From positions 74,152,001 to 74,216,000 of the forward strand of contig OX597816.1 of the NCBI GenBank assembly GCA_951406725.2: 64,000 bases of DNA, written 5' to 3'. How positions within the stretch are numbered: position 1 is the stretch's first letter; each line of letters begins with the position of its first letter. Below the pieces are notes generated by a model. The model was not told the origin of the DNA and searched no databases. It was given only the letters and a program-made list of their open reading frames with translations. Below are positions 39,830 to 53,807 of this stretch, in pieces. Source of the DNA: Octopus vulgaris. Taxonomy: Eukaryota. A program made the position numbers and the translations under genes.

Positions 39830-41754
39830 TACTTTCAGTGACAGCAATGTATGTTCACTGAAAAATGAATGCCTTCGGAAGAACTTAATGTACAAATTCA
39901 CAGTGAGAACGCTAGCAGTTGCATTTGGTGCGACTGCAGGTTCCTTCCAAAATCGATATTGAAACCATATTGTAGCCTTTAATAAGAGACACTGCACACC
40001 CCTCGATGACCTGGTCTAGAGACTTAAGGAAGGTACCGCGCAATACAACATTAAATGGTCGATAATAAAAAAAGGCATATCCATATAATGCGTTCTCGAG
40101 ATTTTTCTAGTCTCTGTTCTGAGGAAGCCCTGTGCATTTCAATGAGTGCAGATGAACTGGCGCACAGGTTCTCCGAAACAGTTATAAGATGCAACTGAAG
40201 ATTAAAATGTTTCATTTCGCAGTTTTGTAAAAACAATTAACGTTTGAAACTCTATCCAATCAATCTACATCAACCCTCCTCTCTCTATCATTTTATGTAT
40301 TTGTCTCGGGTTTTCAAAATAGTTCAATGTATGTTAGAAGAATATATACGATTATGTCAGATTGTATTATCTATCTCAATATTTTACAAACGGTATGAAT
40401 GTATGTAAGAGGTGTACATACGTGCATATATAAATAGATGTATATATGTATGTAGGTATAAAACAATGTGCGTTACTTTGTGCGTGGTTGTCTGGGGCAA
40501 TGTACATGCGGGGCGGGTATCTTTTTGTCTTTCTTATTGTTTGAAAGCAGCGCATAAAAACTAGACGATAATAAATTAACTTTAAACAGAGACTCATTCT
40601 AGACTAGGATGGGGAATTGTTTTGTCGCGAGAAAAAGGAGGGTAATTCAGATTTTTTAAAGAGACAAGGAAACAGTTCTGAAGGACTGAAGTGATCTGTC
40701 TTAACTTCCTTATCAATTTATCATCATTAAACGCCTTATTTTATTCTGTAGTCTGTTTAGTGGAGGCGCAATGGCCCAGTGGTTAGGGCAGCGGACTCGC
40801 GGTCATAGGATTGTGGTTTTGTAAGTGTTTATTGAGCGAAGACACTTAAAGCTCCAAGAGGCTCCGGCAGGGGATGGTGGCGAACCCTGCTGTACTCTTT
40901 CACCACAACTTCCTCTCACTCTTTTTTCCTCTTTCTGTTGTACCTGTATTTCAAAGGGGCCAGCCTTGTCACACTCTGATTCTCCCCAAGGACTACGTTA
41001 AGAGTACACGTGTCTGCGGAGTGCTCAGCCACTTACAGGTTAATTTCACGAGCTGGCTGTTCCGTTGATCGCATCAACTGGAACCCTCGTCGTTGCAACA
41101 GACGGACTGCCGGAAGAAGTCTGTTTAGAAGTCTGACCATTCTGAATGAAAGTCAACATTTACGCTTGAGCGACTGCGTGTCTGCGTGCGCGCACATGCG
41201 TGTATGAATGTAACATGTGCATGTAAGTTGCATAAAAATAACAATAGCCGTCACTCGCAAGCGAATATGACTTCGTTATAAAGTAATATATTTTAGTATA
41301 ATTGCCTTTGTAGTCGGGAACAGACACAGGCATTTTTTCTTCCTACTCCACAATCATTGACTCAGCTGTCACATCCAGGATGTGGCAGCTGGAGAGAGGA
41401 AGGGACGTGTATATATATATATATATATATATATCACCGTGACCGACCAGGCCACCAGATGTTGTTACACATCGCTGGTCACAATGCGCTTCACATTGTT
41501 TTAGCCTTCAAATGTCGCCACCCCGCTGGCTAAGCGAGCAAGCCAACAGAAGAAAGAGTGAGAGAAAGTTGTGGCGAAAGAGTACAGCAGGGATCGCCAC
41601 CACCCCCTTTAGGTGCTTTCGCTCAATAAACACTCACAACGCCCGGTCTGGGAATCGAAACCACGATCCTACGACCGCGAGTCCGCTGCCCTAACCACTA
41701 GGCCATTGCGCCTCCATACACACACACATATATATATATATATATGAAAACTCC

Positions 41755-41792
<38 letters not shown>

Positions 41793-42531
41793 CCGACACT
41801 CGGGTTGTTCGGGCTTAGCCCGAGTATAAGTTTAGTAGATTTAGTAAAGTGAACGTGTATTTGCAAGCTGATTTAATTTCTGCCAGCACTGACTTCAAGT
41901 ATGTAATTGCAGCCAATAACTCGGGCTTCTTTTATTGAGCCTGGTCACTGTTCATTTCTTTTCGTTCAGCGTCTGGCGGTCGTCTTAGAGGTGTCCTGTG
42001 TCAAAAAATATCATTCGTAGCAGACGTTCTCTCGGTATCGTTCACAAGAGTCTGACTCGAGCTCAGAAGTTACCGCCCGAGTTGCTATCTCTAATCGTAA
42101 AAATTAAAAGTAATTCAAATTCTATTTTTTCTTGAAACAATGAATTTCTATAGAGATTAGGATTTAAATTCCAATCTATGTAAAGTTTGCGTTCTACAAT
42201 ATTCTTAAAGGAACACAAAATTATCCAGCCTGGTCGGTGTAAAAGACTAACTGGCATCTCTTGTCAAGTGTACAGGCGACAGTCAGATCGCTGGTGTTTG
42301 TTGTGCACTCCGCTGTCGTTATTTGATTGTCTGTGTGTAAAAATCACTTGTGTTTTGCGGGATTGCTTTATTTTTACTCCTAACTTAGAAATAGAGAAAT
42401 ACATAGTGTTCGATATAGAAATAGGCTATTTGGGGCTAGAAATAAAGCGGAAAACGGGAAATTCTTCGAGCGGGCATGTGTCTTATGCGACATCGGTGAT
42501 GGGCCCGAGTGACGCTGAGGGCCTGAGTCGT

Positions 42532-42650
<119 letters not shown>

Positions 42651-43018
42651 GAGCTGTACTAACACTTGGGTTGGTAATCGTTTTCAGCTGAGTAAATTAG
42701 GAATATGAAATGATCCGTCTTATTGAAGGACACAGTGCGCAACTCCGTCCACGAATCGAACCCATGACATTATAATTGTGAATCCTACACCTTTACCACT
42801 TGACTACGTGCCCTCACAGAAATTGTGTTTATTACAGTTTGAATTATTTTTAAATCTCTGAGGAGTTTCTGTGTGGTAAGTAGCTTTCTCCCCAACCACA
42901 TGGTTCTAGGTTCAGTCTCACTGCGTGGTACCTTGGGCAAGTGTCCTCTACTATAGCCTCGAGCTGATAAAAGCCTTGCAAATGGATTTGGTAGAGGGAA
43001 ACTGAACGAAGCCCGTCG

Positions 43019-43093
<75 letters not shown>

Positions 43094-43924
43094 GTATGTG
43101 TGTGCGTGTGTATATGTGTGTGTGATCACTGCTTGACACTTGGACCTCTGTACATATTTTTATTTTTTGAAGCCTGATACTTAGTTAATCGGTCTCTTTT
43201 GCCGAACCGCTAAGTTACGAGGATGTAAATACACCAACACCGACTGTCAGGCGGTGGATGGAGGGTGAATAAATGCGCGCGCACGTGAGTTTCCGTCTAC
43301 CAAATCCACTCGCACGGCTTTGGTCGGCCCGAGGCTATAGTAGAAAACACTTGCCCAAGGTGCCACGCAGTGGGACCGAACCCGAAACCATGTGGTTGGC
43401 AAGCAAGCTTCTTAACACGCAGCCACGCCTGCGCTTGCATGTCAGCTACTGATACACGGAGAATACACCTGCATCAGTGGAGGTTAAAAAACGGATGGCA
43501 ACCACCCTGGCTACTCTATACATGCCCTGTACTGTTCTCTATATTGTACTGTCGATGTTATTTAGTTGCAAATCAGCGTTCATCGAACATATGACGAAAG
43601 ACGTTCCAATTGTGACCATCTTGTCTTTTTCATAGGCGTCTAAGACTACATTAGCGTGATGTGTCCTCTCGGTTGCCTTTGGTCATGGGTCAACTTAATC
43701 ATGGTTGATCTGCTTTTTAATAACAATAACTATTTAAGATCATTTGTATTGTTAATGTGTCTGAGAAAAGCATGAAGTTCACAAAATCTTATGACCTCCA
43801 AGTTTTATAAATCTAACGGCCTATTTAGGGAATGGGTTACTTTAATACAAGGAAATTCTTTACTTTGGCAAAGAAGGTTCTGCTATTGTAAATGTTTGGT
43901 TGTTACAAACTATTACACGAAGGC

Positions 43925-44262
43925 CGTGATTTACATATTTGACGGATATTTTCCTCATCTTATTTATTGTTAGCACAACGTTTTGGCTGATATACCCTCC
44001 AGCCTTCAACAGGTGTCTTGGGGAAATTTCGGACCTGGGGTTTCATGCATAAGGTATTTTTCGTTGTTGTTGTTGTTATAATTATTATTATTGAGGTCAC
44101 TGCCTGGAACGAGAACCCAGGTTCGAAATTTCCCCAAAGCACCTGATGAAGGCTGGGAAGTATATCAGCTGAAACGTTGTGTTAACAACAAACAAGATGA
44201 GGATAAATATCCGTCAAATGTAAATAATGTACATAATTCCTCATCTCTTAAATATAGAACTG
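43925..44262. mobile_element. Inverted pair of the hammerhead retroposon
   Basis: Minus copy 43925-44109, ending in the 3' part of the tRNA head, abuts plus copy 44110-44262. Confidence 0.8.
44138..44183 (+). ncRNA. Minimal type I hammerhead ribozyme (most intact copy)
   Basis: agcac-CUGAUGA-a-ggcug[10 nt]cagcu-GAAAC-GUU-guguu: stem I, conserved core, stem II, and palindromic AACGUU in place of stem III. Confidence 0.75.
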
Positions 44263-44655
44263 CCTAAATACCAATCTTGAGAAATAAGGCTTCTCAAAAC
44301 CAGAAAGGAGAAAACTAATTCGAAGACTACAGATTCAATCCGTCATTGGAACAGTAAAAATCTGTAAAACATTCCAGAAGTTTATCATTTAAGTATATAT
44401 GAGCTGTCTAGATATGCAACTATGTGCATGAGAATACATACATAAAGCAAAGCATACATACATACACTGTTGATGTTGAAATTCCAACGAAGGAGCCTTG
44501 GATTTGGGTTAGATACCGTTTTTTTCTCGATTAGCAAGAAATCTTGAAATAAAACTGAATAATGACATACATTCATATCTGCAACACCTTAAGATTTAAA
44601 GAACGATGAACAAAACAAGATGCTTTCTTTCACAACCTAAAAATTAACACTAAAT

Positions 44656-44716
<61 letters not shown>

Positions 44717-45006
44717 CATACATATTTGAACGTATACACATACAGTAACAAAACATATACACCTGTGTTCTATTGAGACATACACACCCACGGGTGCAAG
44801 TTTATCCACACGTACACTCATATGCACGTTATGGTAATACTCATAATAAGGATAGGTATAGACTGCATAAGGGGTACACTGGTCACCCTGTATTTCAGAT
44901 TTTTGAAAACCTTAACCCATTGCCTGCCATGAGCCCCATTTGGGGATCTGCTAAAAACAGTCTCACTGCTGGTTGTTCGTTGTATTTAAAGTGAATTACT
45001 TATGTA

Positions 45007-45590
45007 TCAGGTCATCCCATAAGTTCTGTCCGAATTTTAAATAAAGAAAACAACTGATCAAATGTTATATTTAATTGAAATTTAATCATCAGTGTACTTT
45101 CCCTGATTATCTATGACTTCCTTCTATCTATTTACAAGATTTTTAATCCCATCAATATAAAACTCTTTTGGTTTCAAAGCGAAGAACTCTGAAATATTAG
45201 TTTCGACCTCCTCCTGACTTGCGAAAGTTATGTCCCTCAAATGATTCTGTAAACTACGAAACAAATGGTAGTCTGGAGGAGCAAGGTCGGAAGAATAAGG
45301 TGGATGAGGAATTTTTTCCCAACCTAGCTCTTGGCTTGCGAAAGTTATGTTCTCCAAATCATTCTGTAAACTACGAAATAAATGGCAGTCTGAAAGAGCA
45401 AGGTTAGGAGAATAAGGTGGATGAGGAATTTTTTCCCAACCAAGTTCTTCGATCTTCTTTGGTGTGGTCTTTGCAGTGTGAGGTCGCGCATTGTTTTGAT
45501 AAAACATCACTCCTTTTCGATTCACTAAAGTGGGTCTTTTTTTCTTCAAAGCTTGGTTCAAACGCTCTAATTGCTGACAGTAGATTGCAT
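45007..45590 (-). mobile_element. 3' half of a mariner transposon with an internal 117-bp duplication
   Basis: ORF 45124..45561 contains QNNARPH and HPPYSxxLAxxD twice. TIR TCAGGTCATCCCATAAG follows a TA. Confidence 0.9.
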
Positions 45591-46949
45591 TTGCAGAGGT
45601 GTGTTTAACAATATTTAGTAATTAAAGTCTGTGATTATTAGCTCTGGATAATTCTAGAAGACATTTTAGGTCATAAATCGCAATTTTTGAACTACAAAAA
45701 TATTGGCTGTTTTTGAAAACGTTTTTTTTTTGGGGGGGGGCATTTCCCATCTATATCATTCATTGATATTTCATATACATTCCCATTTGACACTATAGTT
45801 TAAAAATTAGTTTTTAAAAAATGTTTATTATTGCAATTGAATAGAAAAGGATAAATGTGCTTTTTTTCAGCGATCCCCTTTTGGGACTTTCCGAAAAATT
45901 TATCATAATTTCCAAAATAATTCACATATGTAGAAAATTTAAATACTATATATTACTTTAACTCCTAAGACACCTGGAAAAGCCAAGAAATATGAGTAAA
46001 AAATTCGGCAGTGAATGGATTCAATACTGAATTTGATGGCATTTAGGACGCCTTTTTTTTTTTTCTTCTTCTTCTTCTTTTCGAAAAAATATTTACAAAA
46101 ATCATCCCAAATCCTATAAGTGAGTTTGGTGCTTCCTCAAAGTTTAAAGCATTTAAAACTCTCTTTGTCCTGAATATGCGCTGCTGAAATTGAGATGCAG
46201 CTAATGTGCCCGTGTGTTTTTTAGGCCATCAGACATTTTTCACCTACAGACCCCTTTGGTTCGCATTTTCCTCTACTGGACCCTAAAAAAGATCCTATTA
46301 TATTTTAATAGCTAAATATTATTAGAAATTGTTTTCTTTTATTTGTTTCAGTCATTTGACTGCGGCCATGCTGGAGTACCGCCTTTAGTCGAACAAATCG
46401 ACCCCAGGACTTGTTCTTTATAAGCCTATTCTGTCGGTTTCTTTTGCCGAACTGCTAGGTTACGGAGACGTAAACACACCAACAGCGGTTGTCAAGCGAT
46501 GGTGGGAGTACAAATACAGATACACAAACACACACACATATATATACGACGGGCTTCTTTCAGTTTCCGTCTACCAAATCTACTCACTTGGCTTTGGTCG
46601 GCCCGAGGCTATAGTAGAAGACACCGGCCCAAAGTGACACGCAGTGGGGCTGAACCCTAAACCATGTGGTTGGGAAGCAAGCTTCTTACCACACAGCCAC
46701 GCCTGCTCCTAAAAAATTGTTAAAATATTTTGTGCATAGCAGAAGTTTAACCAGTCTACTGGGCATTTTAATAAACTTTTATGTGGACCCCAACGGGTCA
46801 TATGACTCCCCCCCCCCGTCCCGGGTTATATGGACTCCGGCTGAGAACGAAATGGTATATGCCATAGGTAAAAAGAAAGCAAAGAAACTGAAGTCGCATA
46901 AAGATAGGCATGTGTCCATGATGCGATGCACGCGCACACATATGTATGT

Positions 46950-46981
<32 letters not shown>

Positions 46982-47074
46982 TTATCCTTTTCTCTCGATA
47001 TACAGGTCAGGCTATATTTATAGCGGTTAATAAATTTAAAATAAAACTAGTTTTAATTAGCACACCCCTCTCTT

Positions 47075-47116
<42 letters not shown>

Positions 47117-47412
47117 TATATATCTTCAACGAGGACAGGCCGAGGCAAGCAGTGTTCGTGACAGAAAGTGAATTCAGTAGTTCAAATATTGATTTCTTCC
47201 CAACAAGTTCTTCACCAATCTCTCTATATTTCTAAAACTTTGACATGGTTTCAACCGAGATTAAAATAAATAAATGAAGCCACTTTTCTGTCAGCTGTTA
47301 CCTGGCTAAGTGACCAAGTCACAGCTGACACGTACGCGCTGGATAGATACATATAAACCTATAGTATGCTTATTACACACACACACACACACACATATTT
47401 GTATGTGTGTGC

Positions 47413-47447
<35 letters not shown>

Positions 47448-47998
47448 CACACACTCATTTGTATATGTCTACATGAAATATATTCGTTACACACACCGTT
47501 GTATATACATCCACCTACGGTATGGTTTATCACACGCATACAGACCGATATATACACTTACCTTTGTTTTTATACACATGTATTTGCATACATCTGTTTT
47601 CAGTATGTTCTATACACATTATACACGTTTATATACAATCTACACACCTTATGTTTTATGCACGGCTACCCACGCTCTTTTACCCACTTTATGTTCTACA
47701 CACACACACACACACACACACGCATACACACAATTGTATATACCTATACACGTTCTTTACACACACAATTGTATGTATATATACATGAATATATATATAT
47801 ATTTATATATATGTATCTTTATCTCTTATCTTTTACTTGTTTCAGTCATTTGACTGCGGCCATGCTGGAGCACCGCCTTTAGTCGAGCAAATCGACCCCG
47901 GGACTTATTCTTTGTAAGCCCAGTACTTATTCTATCGGTACTTATTTGCCGAACTGCTAAGGTGTGTGTATGTATATATATATATATATATATAAAAG

Positions 47999-48208
47999 CA
48001 GTAATCCCTCGACTATCGCGGGTGTTACGTTCCAAAAAACCCCGCGATAGGTGAAAATCCGCGAAGTAGAAACAGTAATGTACTGTATATTTTTTTTTAT
48101 TATTTTTATAATTTGTATCTATTTATTTGATTATAAATGCAAAACAACAGCACAAAGGACAAGTCGACGTAAGTTTAAGTAATAAACCGCAATATGGCGA
48201 GGGACTAT

Positions 48209-48210
<2 letters not shown>
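47999..48210. mobile_element. Tigger/pogo-like MITE
   Basis: TIRs CAGTAATCCCTCGACTATCGCGG / CCGCAATATGGCGAGGGACTATTG. Confidence 0.7.
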
Positions 48211-48258
<48 letters not shown>

Positions 48259-48393
48259 CACACACACACACATATAGTATGTTCTATACAAATACACACA
48301 CACATACTTGTATACATCTCCACCATATGTTGTTTAAACACACGCATCTACTTCCAGTTTGTTCCTCTCTTTCACACTCACACATACATACAT

Positions 48394-48426
<33 letters not shown>

Positions 48427-48598
48427 GAGTTTCAAATAACTTGAAAATAAACAGTTGAAACATAAGGCACTCGTTTGTCTTCTCTGGACATTTTCGATGT
48501 TTACCGTTCCGGGAAGGGGAATGGAGCGCTGTGACATTCATGCCTTTCCCTGGAGTATTGTCAAAAGCTGAATTGATATGTATGGATGCGTGTTTGTA

Positions 48599-48654
<56 letters not shown>

Positions 48655-49236
48655 CGGGTGTATGTGTGTTGTATGTATGTATGTGCCGATGTGTATGTTT
48701 ATATATGTACGTATTACATGTTGGATATACGTGTATTTGTATACAAATACAACACACACACACGCTGATGCTTGTTTTTATGTTTAGTTATAATCAAAGC
48801 AATTTTACATTAATCTGAGGCATTACTCTACCCAACGATGGCTTAACCGGCCGAAACTTCGAAGTCGCTCTCAATAATATCCTTCTTTAAGAATACACAC
48901 ATACATACATATATACTTACATACTCACACACGCATACATACATAATACATACATACATATATACACACACATACATATATACATACATACATATATACT
49001 CACACACGTACACACATATATACTTACACACATACACGCACACATACATACATATATACTTACATACTCACACACGCACACATACATAATACATACATAT
49101 ATACACACACATACATATATATATATACATACATATATACTCACACACGTACACATACACACATATATACTTACACACACACGCACACACAAATACATAC
49201 ATATGCATAATATATACACTCACACACACACACACA

Positions 49237-49453
49237 CGAAGAGGTGCTGAAAAGTTCCTGGCTTTAAGGGTGTCGCGGAAGGTCTGGCTGGAGGCCTAAC
49301 CTTCCGAGGTCTTTTACAAGGCTGAGAAAAACTGAAGGACCTCTGCAATCTGTGTGAGAATCTGAGAAAGGAATATTTTGAATAGAATCATAATTAAATG
49401 ATCCTCCCGTGTTCTCTTTTACCCCAAACCAGGAAGTTTTCATCACCCCGTCG
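49237..49453 (+). mobile_element. Mariner-derived MITE
   Basis: TIRs CGAAGAGGTGCTGAAAAGTTCCTGG / CCAGGAAGTTTTCATCACCCCGTCG, followed by TA. Confidence 0.7.
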
Positions 49454-50677
49454 TACAGAGAGAGGGGGGAGAGGAAGGAGGTGTACACATGTATGTTGGT
49501 TCCGATTTATGTATGTATGTATGTATGTATGCCCAAATCTTTGTATACTTAAGTATTAAGTTAACGCGACTTTGTTCAACGATATGACAGCAATACTTGT
49601 TAAACAACAAATATATATACCACAAAGCGTCAATATGCAATCACCATTGTTAAACTTGATTATCACCATAATATAACATATTGTATGAACGTGTCAACTG
49701 GTTTCCTTGAAAAAGGCGATACTGTCACAGCATTCTAGAGAACAATTTACGATTATATCGAAACTGACGAATATAAATTAGCATTGATTTATTTTTCAGT
49801 TTATTTATTTATTTGCAGCTTTTAAAGTCAGTAAATTTCGTATGTACAACCAACCAGCTGATTTCCGTTTCTGTCCGGCAACACGAAAAAACTTGCCAAC
49901 ACTGGTTGACATATTAAGAGAGGAGAAAAAAAAAAGGGGATGTATGTACCAACACACACACACACACACACATAAACATGTTGACGCGCGCGCGCGTAAA
50001 TTTATTAATCTTAGACAAGAATATGACTGGCAGTGACCTCGTCGAACGCTGGCTTAACTGGCCGAAACTTCGAAGTCACTATCAATAATATTGTTGCTTA
50101 AGAATAATAAAGTTTTACTCTACAGAAATATAGAGTAACCCTCCAGATTAATGTAAAATTGTTTTTATTATTACTGAATATAAAAGCAAACGTTAATATG
50201 TGTGTGTATGTATGTATGTATGTATGTATGTATGTATGTATGTATGCATGCATGTATGTACGTATGAGTGTATGTATGTGTGTGTGTATGTATGTATGAA
50301 TGTATGTGTGTGTATGTAGGTATGTGTGTATGTATGTGCGTGTATGTGTGTATATATATGTGTACGTATGTGTGTATGCATGCGTGTATCTGTATGTGTG
50401 TGTATGTATGTGTGTATGTACGTATGTGTGTGTGCATGTATGTGTGTATATGTATGCAGGAGTGTGTATATATATGTGTGTATATGTATGTGTGCATGTA
50501 TGTATGTGTGTATGTATGCTTATATATGCGAGCCCACACGATGGGTGGAGTAAAATAGTATTTTTATAGAAGCTGGAAAAACTTCACACACTCTTACCAG
50601 AGTTTCACGGGACTGATCATCAGACAGTCACAGTCGTATTCTAAACAAGTTTGTGAAGTTTTTTCAGCTTTGATAAA

Positions 50678-50771
<94 letters not shown>

Positions 50772-50943
50772 GGAGATTTCAACATTCCAAATTCATATAT
50801 AGATGTTATATTTGTGTGAGGTGTGTATAAAAGTAAAAAATGCAGGAAAATATTTTCCGCAAGCTAATATCAAAACTCCTATTAACAAATGAAACACATG
50901 TAATGGGGAATAAATAATACCCAAAAAAGTTTCCAACCCCCTG

Positions 50944-50988
<45 letters not shown>

Positions 50989-51680
50989 ACACAGACACAC
51001 AGACACACACACACACACGTACACAGAGACTAAAACAGACATATACACATACACTCATCAATGAGCGAATCACTAAAGAAAATTGTGGAATTTCTTTGCG
51101 AAGTTTGTTTCAAGATAAACCATTTTATATCTTTCGCAACAGAAAGCCAAAAAATTCGTTTTAAAGTTCTTTTACAAAAAGCTTTACAGTCAGAGGAGTT
51201 GTTATGTAAATGTTGATTTAATGAGGAAATTAGTAAAACTCGATATAAAGAGAAGAAAAGGGTGAAATTATTGTTTCATCTTTCATGATTTAATTATGTA
51301 TTTACATTGGAAACCGGGAAAATAGTGTATTTTATTGTGGTTTTCATGAAATTCGAGACTGCTTCCACCAGACAGGAGTCATGTCATCAACCGGTATCAA
51401 CTGACAAGATATTTACAGTTTAAAAGCAGAAGAAATACTAGATTGATTGAATAACCGGATAGATCGTTATCCAAATAGAAAGACATTGTTTAATAAAAAG
51501 TGAATTGTGATGAAGTCTTTCTAATGAAAGATCGATCGCTACAATCAATCAATAGTCGTGAAACACATTTGGAAATTTATAAAACATAACGACGATCGAG
51601 TCGAGACGTGGACTGACAGGAAGTAAGAAAGTTGTTTAAAAGTTTAGAAATCGTGTTGAATGTAATAAAAGGATGCAAAC

Positions 51681-51824
51681 CTCGTCAAGAACATGTTCTA
51701 AGGGCTGTGAGTTTTTGATAACCTCTTCCTCAAGACCTGTCTCTATTTTACAATCTTCGGTTAGTAAAGTTTCCGAAATTTCATTTGGTTGGGGCTTCAC
51801 GAAATGTTGTTGTAGCGCAACCAC
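51681..51824 (-). CDS. ESRP1: ESRP coding exon 2: VVALQQHFVKPQPNEISETLLTEDCKIETGLEEEVIKNSQPLEHVLDE
   Basis: Acceptor ttctacag|GTG, donor GAG|gtttgc, 144 nt, phase 0/0. The LTEDCK.ET motif matches ESRP. Lies within ORF 51636..51824. Confidence 0.92.
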
Positions 51825-52171
51825 CTGTAGAAGTATGTTTATAAGAAGGATTAAATAAGATCTAAACTAAACTAGGATTAAATCAGATTATTTCTTAAAA
51901 TGTATGTATAAACATTTTTTTTTCTCAAAGAATATTTATAAGATTATTTTAAAAACATGAATATTTGAGATGTTTTTAAATGTTAAAAAGTAGATCGAGA
52001 AGAAATGAAAATATTTAAATATTTAATTATGCAAACTAATCAGTTTGTTTTCTAAATTAAAAATGTTCGTATACATTAAAGGCAAGTTGAAATCAATATT
52101 AACAAGGCAAAGTGAGGTGTTGGCTGAGAGAGAGGGGAGTTTTAGAGAAGTTTTGTTTGTGTCTACATTAC

Positions 52172-52297
52172 CTTATTGTTGGTGACATCGTAGAGTAAAT
52201 AGACCAGCAGTACAATTTGTTCTTCGTCAACACCCAGCTCTTCGCAGTTTTTCCCAGTTGTGGCACAAAATAAAGCTAAGATATGTGAGGTAGCCAT
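52172..52297 (-). CDS. ESRP1: ESRP1/2-like (fusilli) coding exon 1: MATSHILALFCATTGKNCEELGVDEEQIVLLVYLLYDVTNNK
   Basis: ATG at 52297 in context aaggATGG; 42 codons ending AAG|gtaatg. Resembles the vertebrate ESRP N-terminus (YLVVLFGITAG..LGSDEKELILL.W.VVD..NKK). Too short for the ORF track. Confidence 0.9.
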
Positions 52298-52689
52298 CCT
52301 TTTACGGAGCCGAGGGAGATGAACAAGGAAAAAACTAAGAGGAAGAAAAGAGAAGAGAAAAAAACCCCCAAAACACTACAGAAGCCAGTCTTGACTCTTG
52401 GTGTTTTTGCTAAGAAGGTGTTTTGTATTAAGAGTGCCACATTACCTGTAGCCCAACTTCTTTTGAATAAGACCCTAGCTGATTGGATGAATTCATCTAA
52501 CGTGGCATTGACTGGATATCTTAGTTGGTATTCCGCGCTTGCGCGCAGGTGTGTTTTTACCTGTTGATTAACCAGCCGAGTAACACAAGCAAGCTGTTAC
52601 AGTATTAAAAAAAAATCCGCTCGTACCCAGGTGATTGATTCGCGCAAGTGAATGACAACACTTGTAAAGGGTATCATTTAAGTAACTCT

Positions 52690-52745
52690 CGCTTGAGGGT
52701 ACATGAATAAGCCACGGTTTTATATATCCACCCGACTCCACCCAA
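52690..52745 (-). promoter_or_regulatory. Candidate ESRP core promoter (TATA box plus GT-boxes)
   Basis: Minus-strand TATATAAAA at 52726-52718, preceded by GGGTGGAGTCGGGTGG, about 420 nt upstream of the ATG in non-repetitive, CpG-richer sequence. Confidence 0.45.
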
Positions 52746-52815
52746 AAATACCGACTCGGAAACTTTTTTCTTAGCTAATTGATGTGTGTGTGTTAACCTC
52801 TTCCTTTCTCCTTCC

Positions 52816-52855
<40 letters not shown>

Positions 52856-53807
52856 CTCTCTCTCTTTCTCTCACCTGTTGCTGATATTGTTGACTACTAT
52901 AATCAGATATCTGCCGGACTGACTCAAAACAAAGATAGCAGCAGTTAACACATCAACAATAACTGCAACAACAATATACGAAAGGGCGCGATAACTTAAA
53001 AGTTACTTTCTCCGGTGATAAAGTTTCTTTAACAATGGAATTCCTTGAAGATCAAGAAGGATGACAAAAAACGACACAAAGTTCCTGATAACCAAAAGAA
53101 ATTAACACACACTTATCTCTATACGTATATCTTGTCATCGTATCTTTCTTCCGATGCTGGCACAAATATATTTATGTATTCCAGTCGCATGGAGGGAGAC
53201 ATTTTTGACCTATCCTAGTTTTTTTTTCTCCTTCCCCCCCTCTCTCTCGCTCTCTTTCTCTTTCTCACTCACTCTCACTACCTCGGTACAATTATTTAGT
53301 AGCTAATTACCCATTATCAATCCCATTCATCAGAGATGTCAAGTTTACAGAGAATAACTCGTATCGCAATGATTTTGTTTTTCTCTTCCTCCAAATCAGT
53401 TCTTTCTGACAGAACAAGAATTTTACGAAATAAAGCATTTTACTTTCTGTGTCGAAACCGGAAGAATTCGATGCTTTTGTGTTCTTCTTATTATTTTTAT
53501 TTCTTCTTCAACCAATTGGACGTTGTCGGTAAATTCTCCTCCTTTATAAAGCTGATGAGTCGACAGAGACCTAATTAGTTGACAAAATTAGTGAATTACA
53601 TACAGCTAATTGCTCCCCGTTGTTGTCTCTACTACATAAAATTTGTATTTCATTTATTCTCTCTTAATTCGGGCGGCAACAGACGACGACATGAAGTTGT
53701 GGATCTGATGGCTTCGCGATCTCTTAAGGCCGATACTGAGAAAACAGCAGTGGTGGTGGTCGTGATGGGATTTAGGATAGAGAGAAAGTGAAGAATAATA
53801 ATTTTCA

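Larger units (their letters stand above)
37440..40250 (+). mobile_element. Degenerate Penelope-like element (RT plus GIY-YIG), interrupted by the mariner
   Basis: Broken frames give KPNENLRYLNKISNHP, YNPIFGQVSYKIARNFFAALEKQFPKSNKYYKIFNRHTVKVSY, and after the mariner CSLKNECLRKNLMYK...YNIKWSIIKK...LCSEEALCI. Confidence 0.8.

Noticed and set aside
46666-47235. 189-aa ORF
   Set aside because: It is a mosaic of SINE end, MITE-like sequence and microsatellites, with no protein features.
50560-50680. Short inverted repeat enclosing a minus-strand CUGAUGA...GAAAC
   Set aside because: Stems I and II do not pair convincingly, so a hammerhead cannot be supported.
51666-51680. GCATCCTTT four nucleotides into intron 2, resembling a U12 donor
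   Set aside because: Using it would shift the frame, and the intron 2 acceptor has a normal U2 pyrimidine tract.
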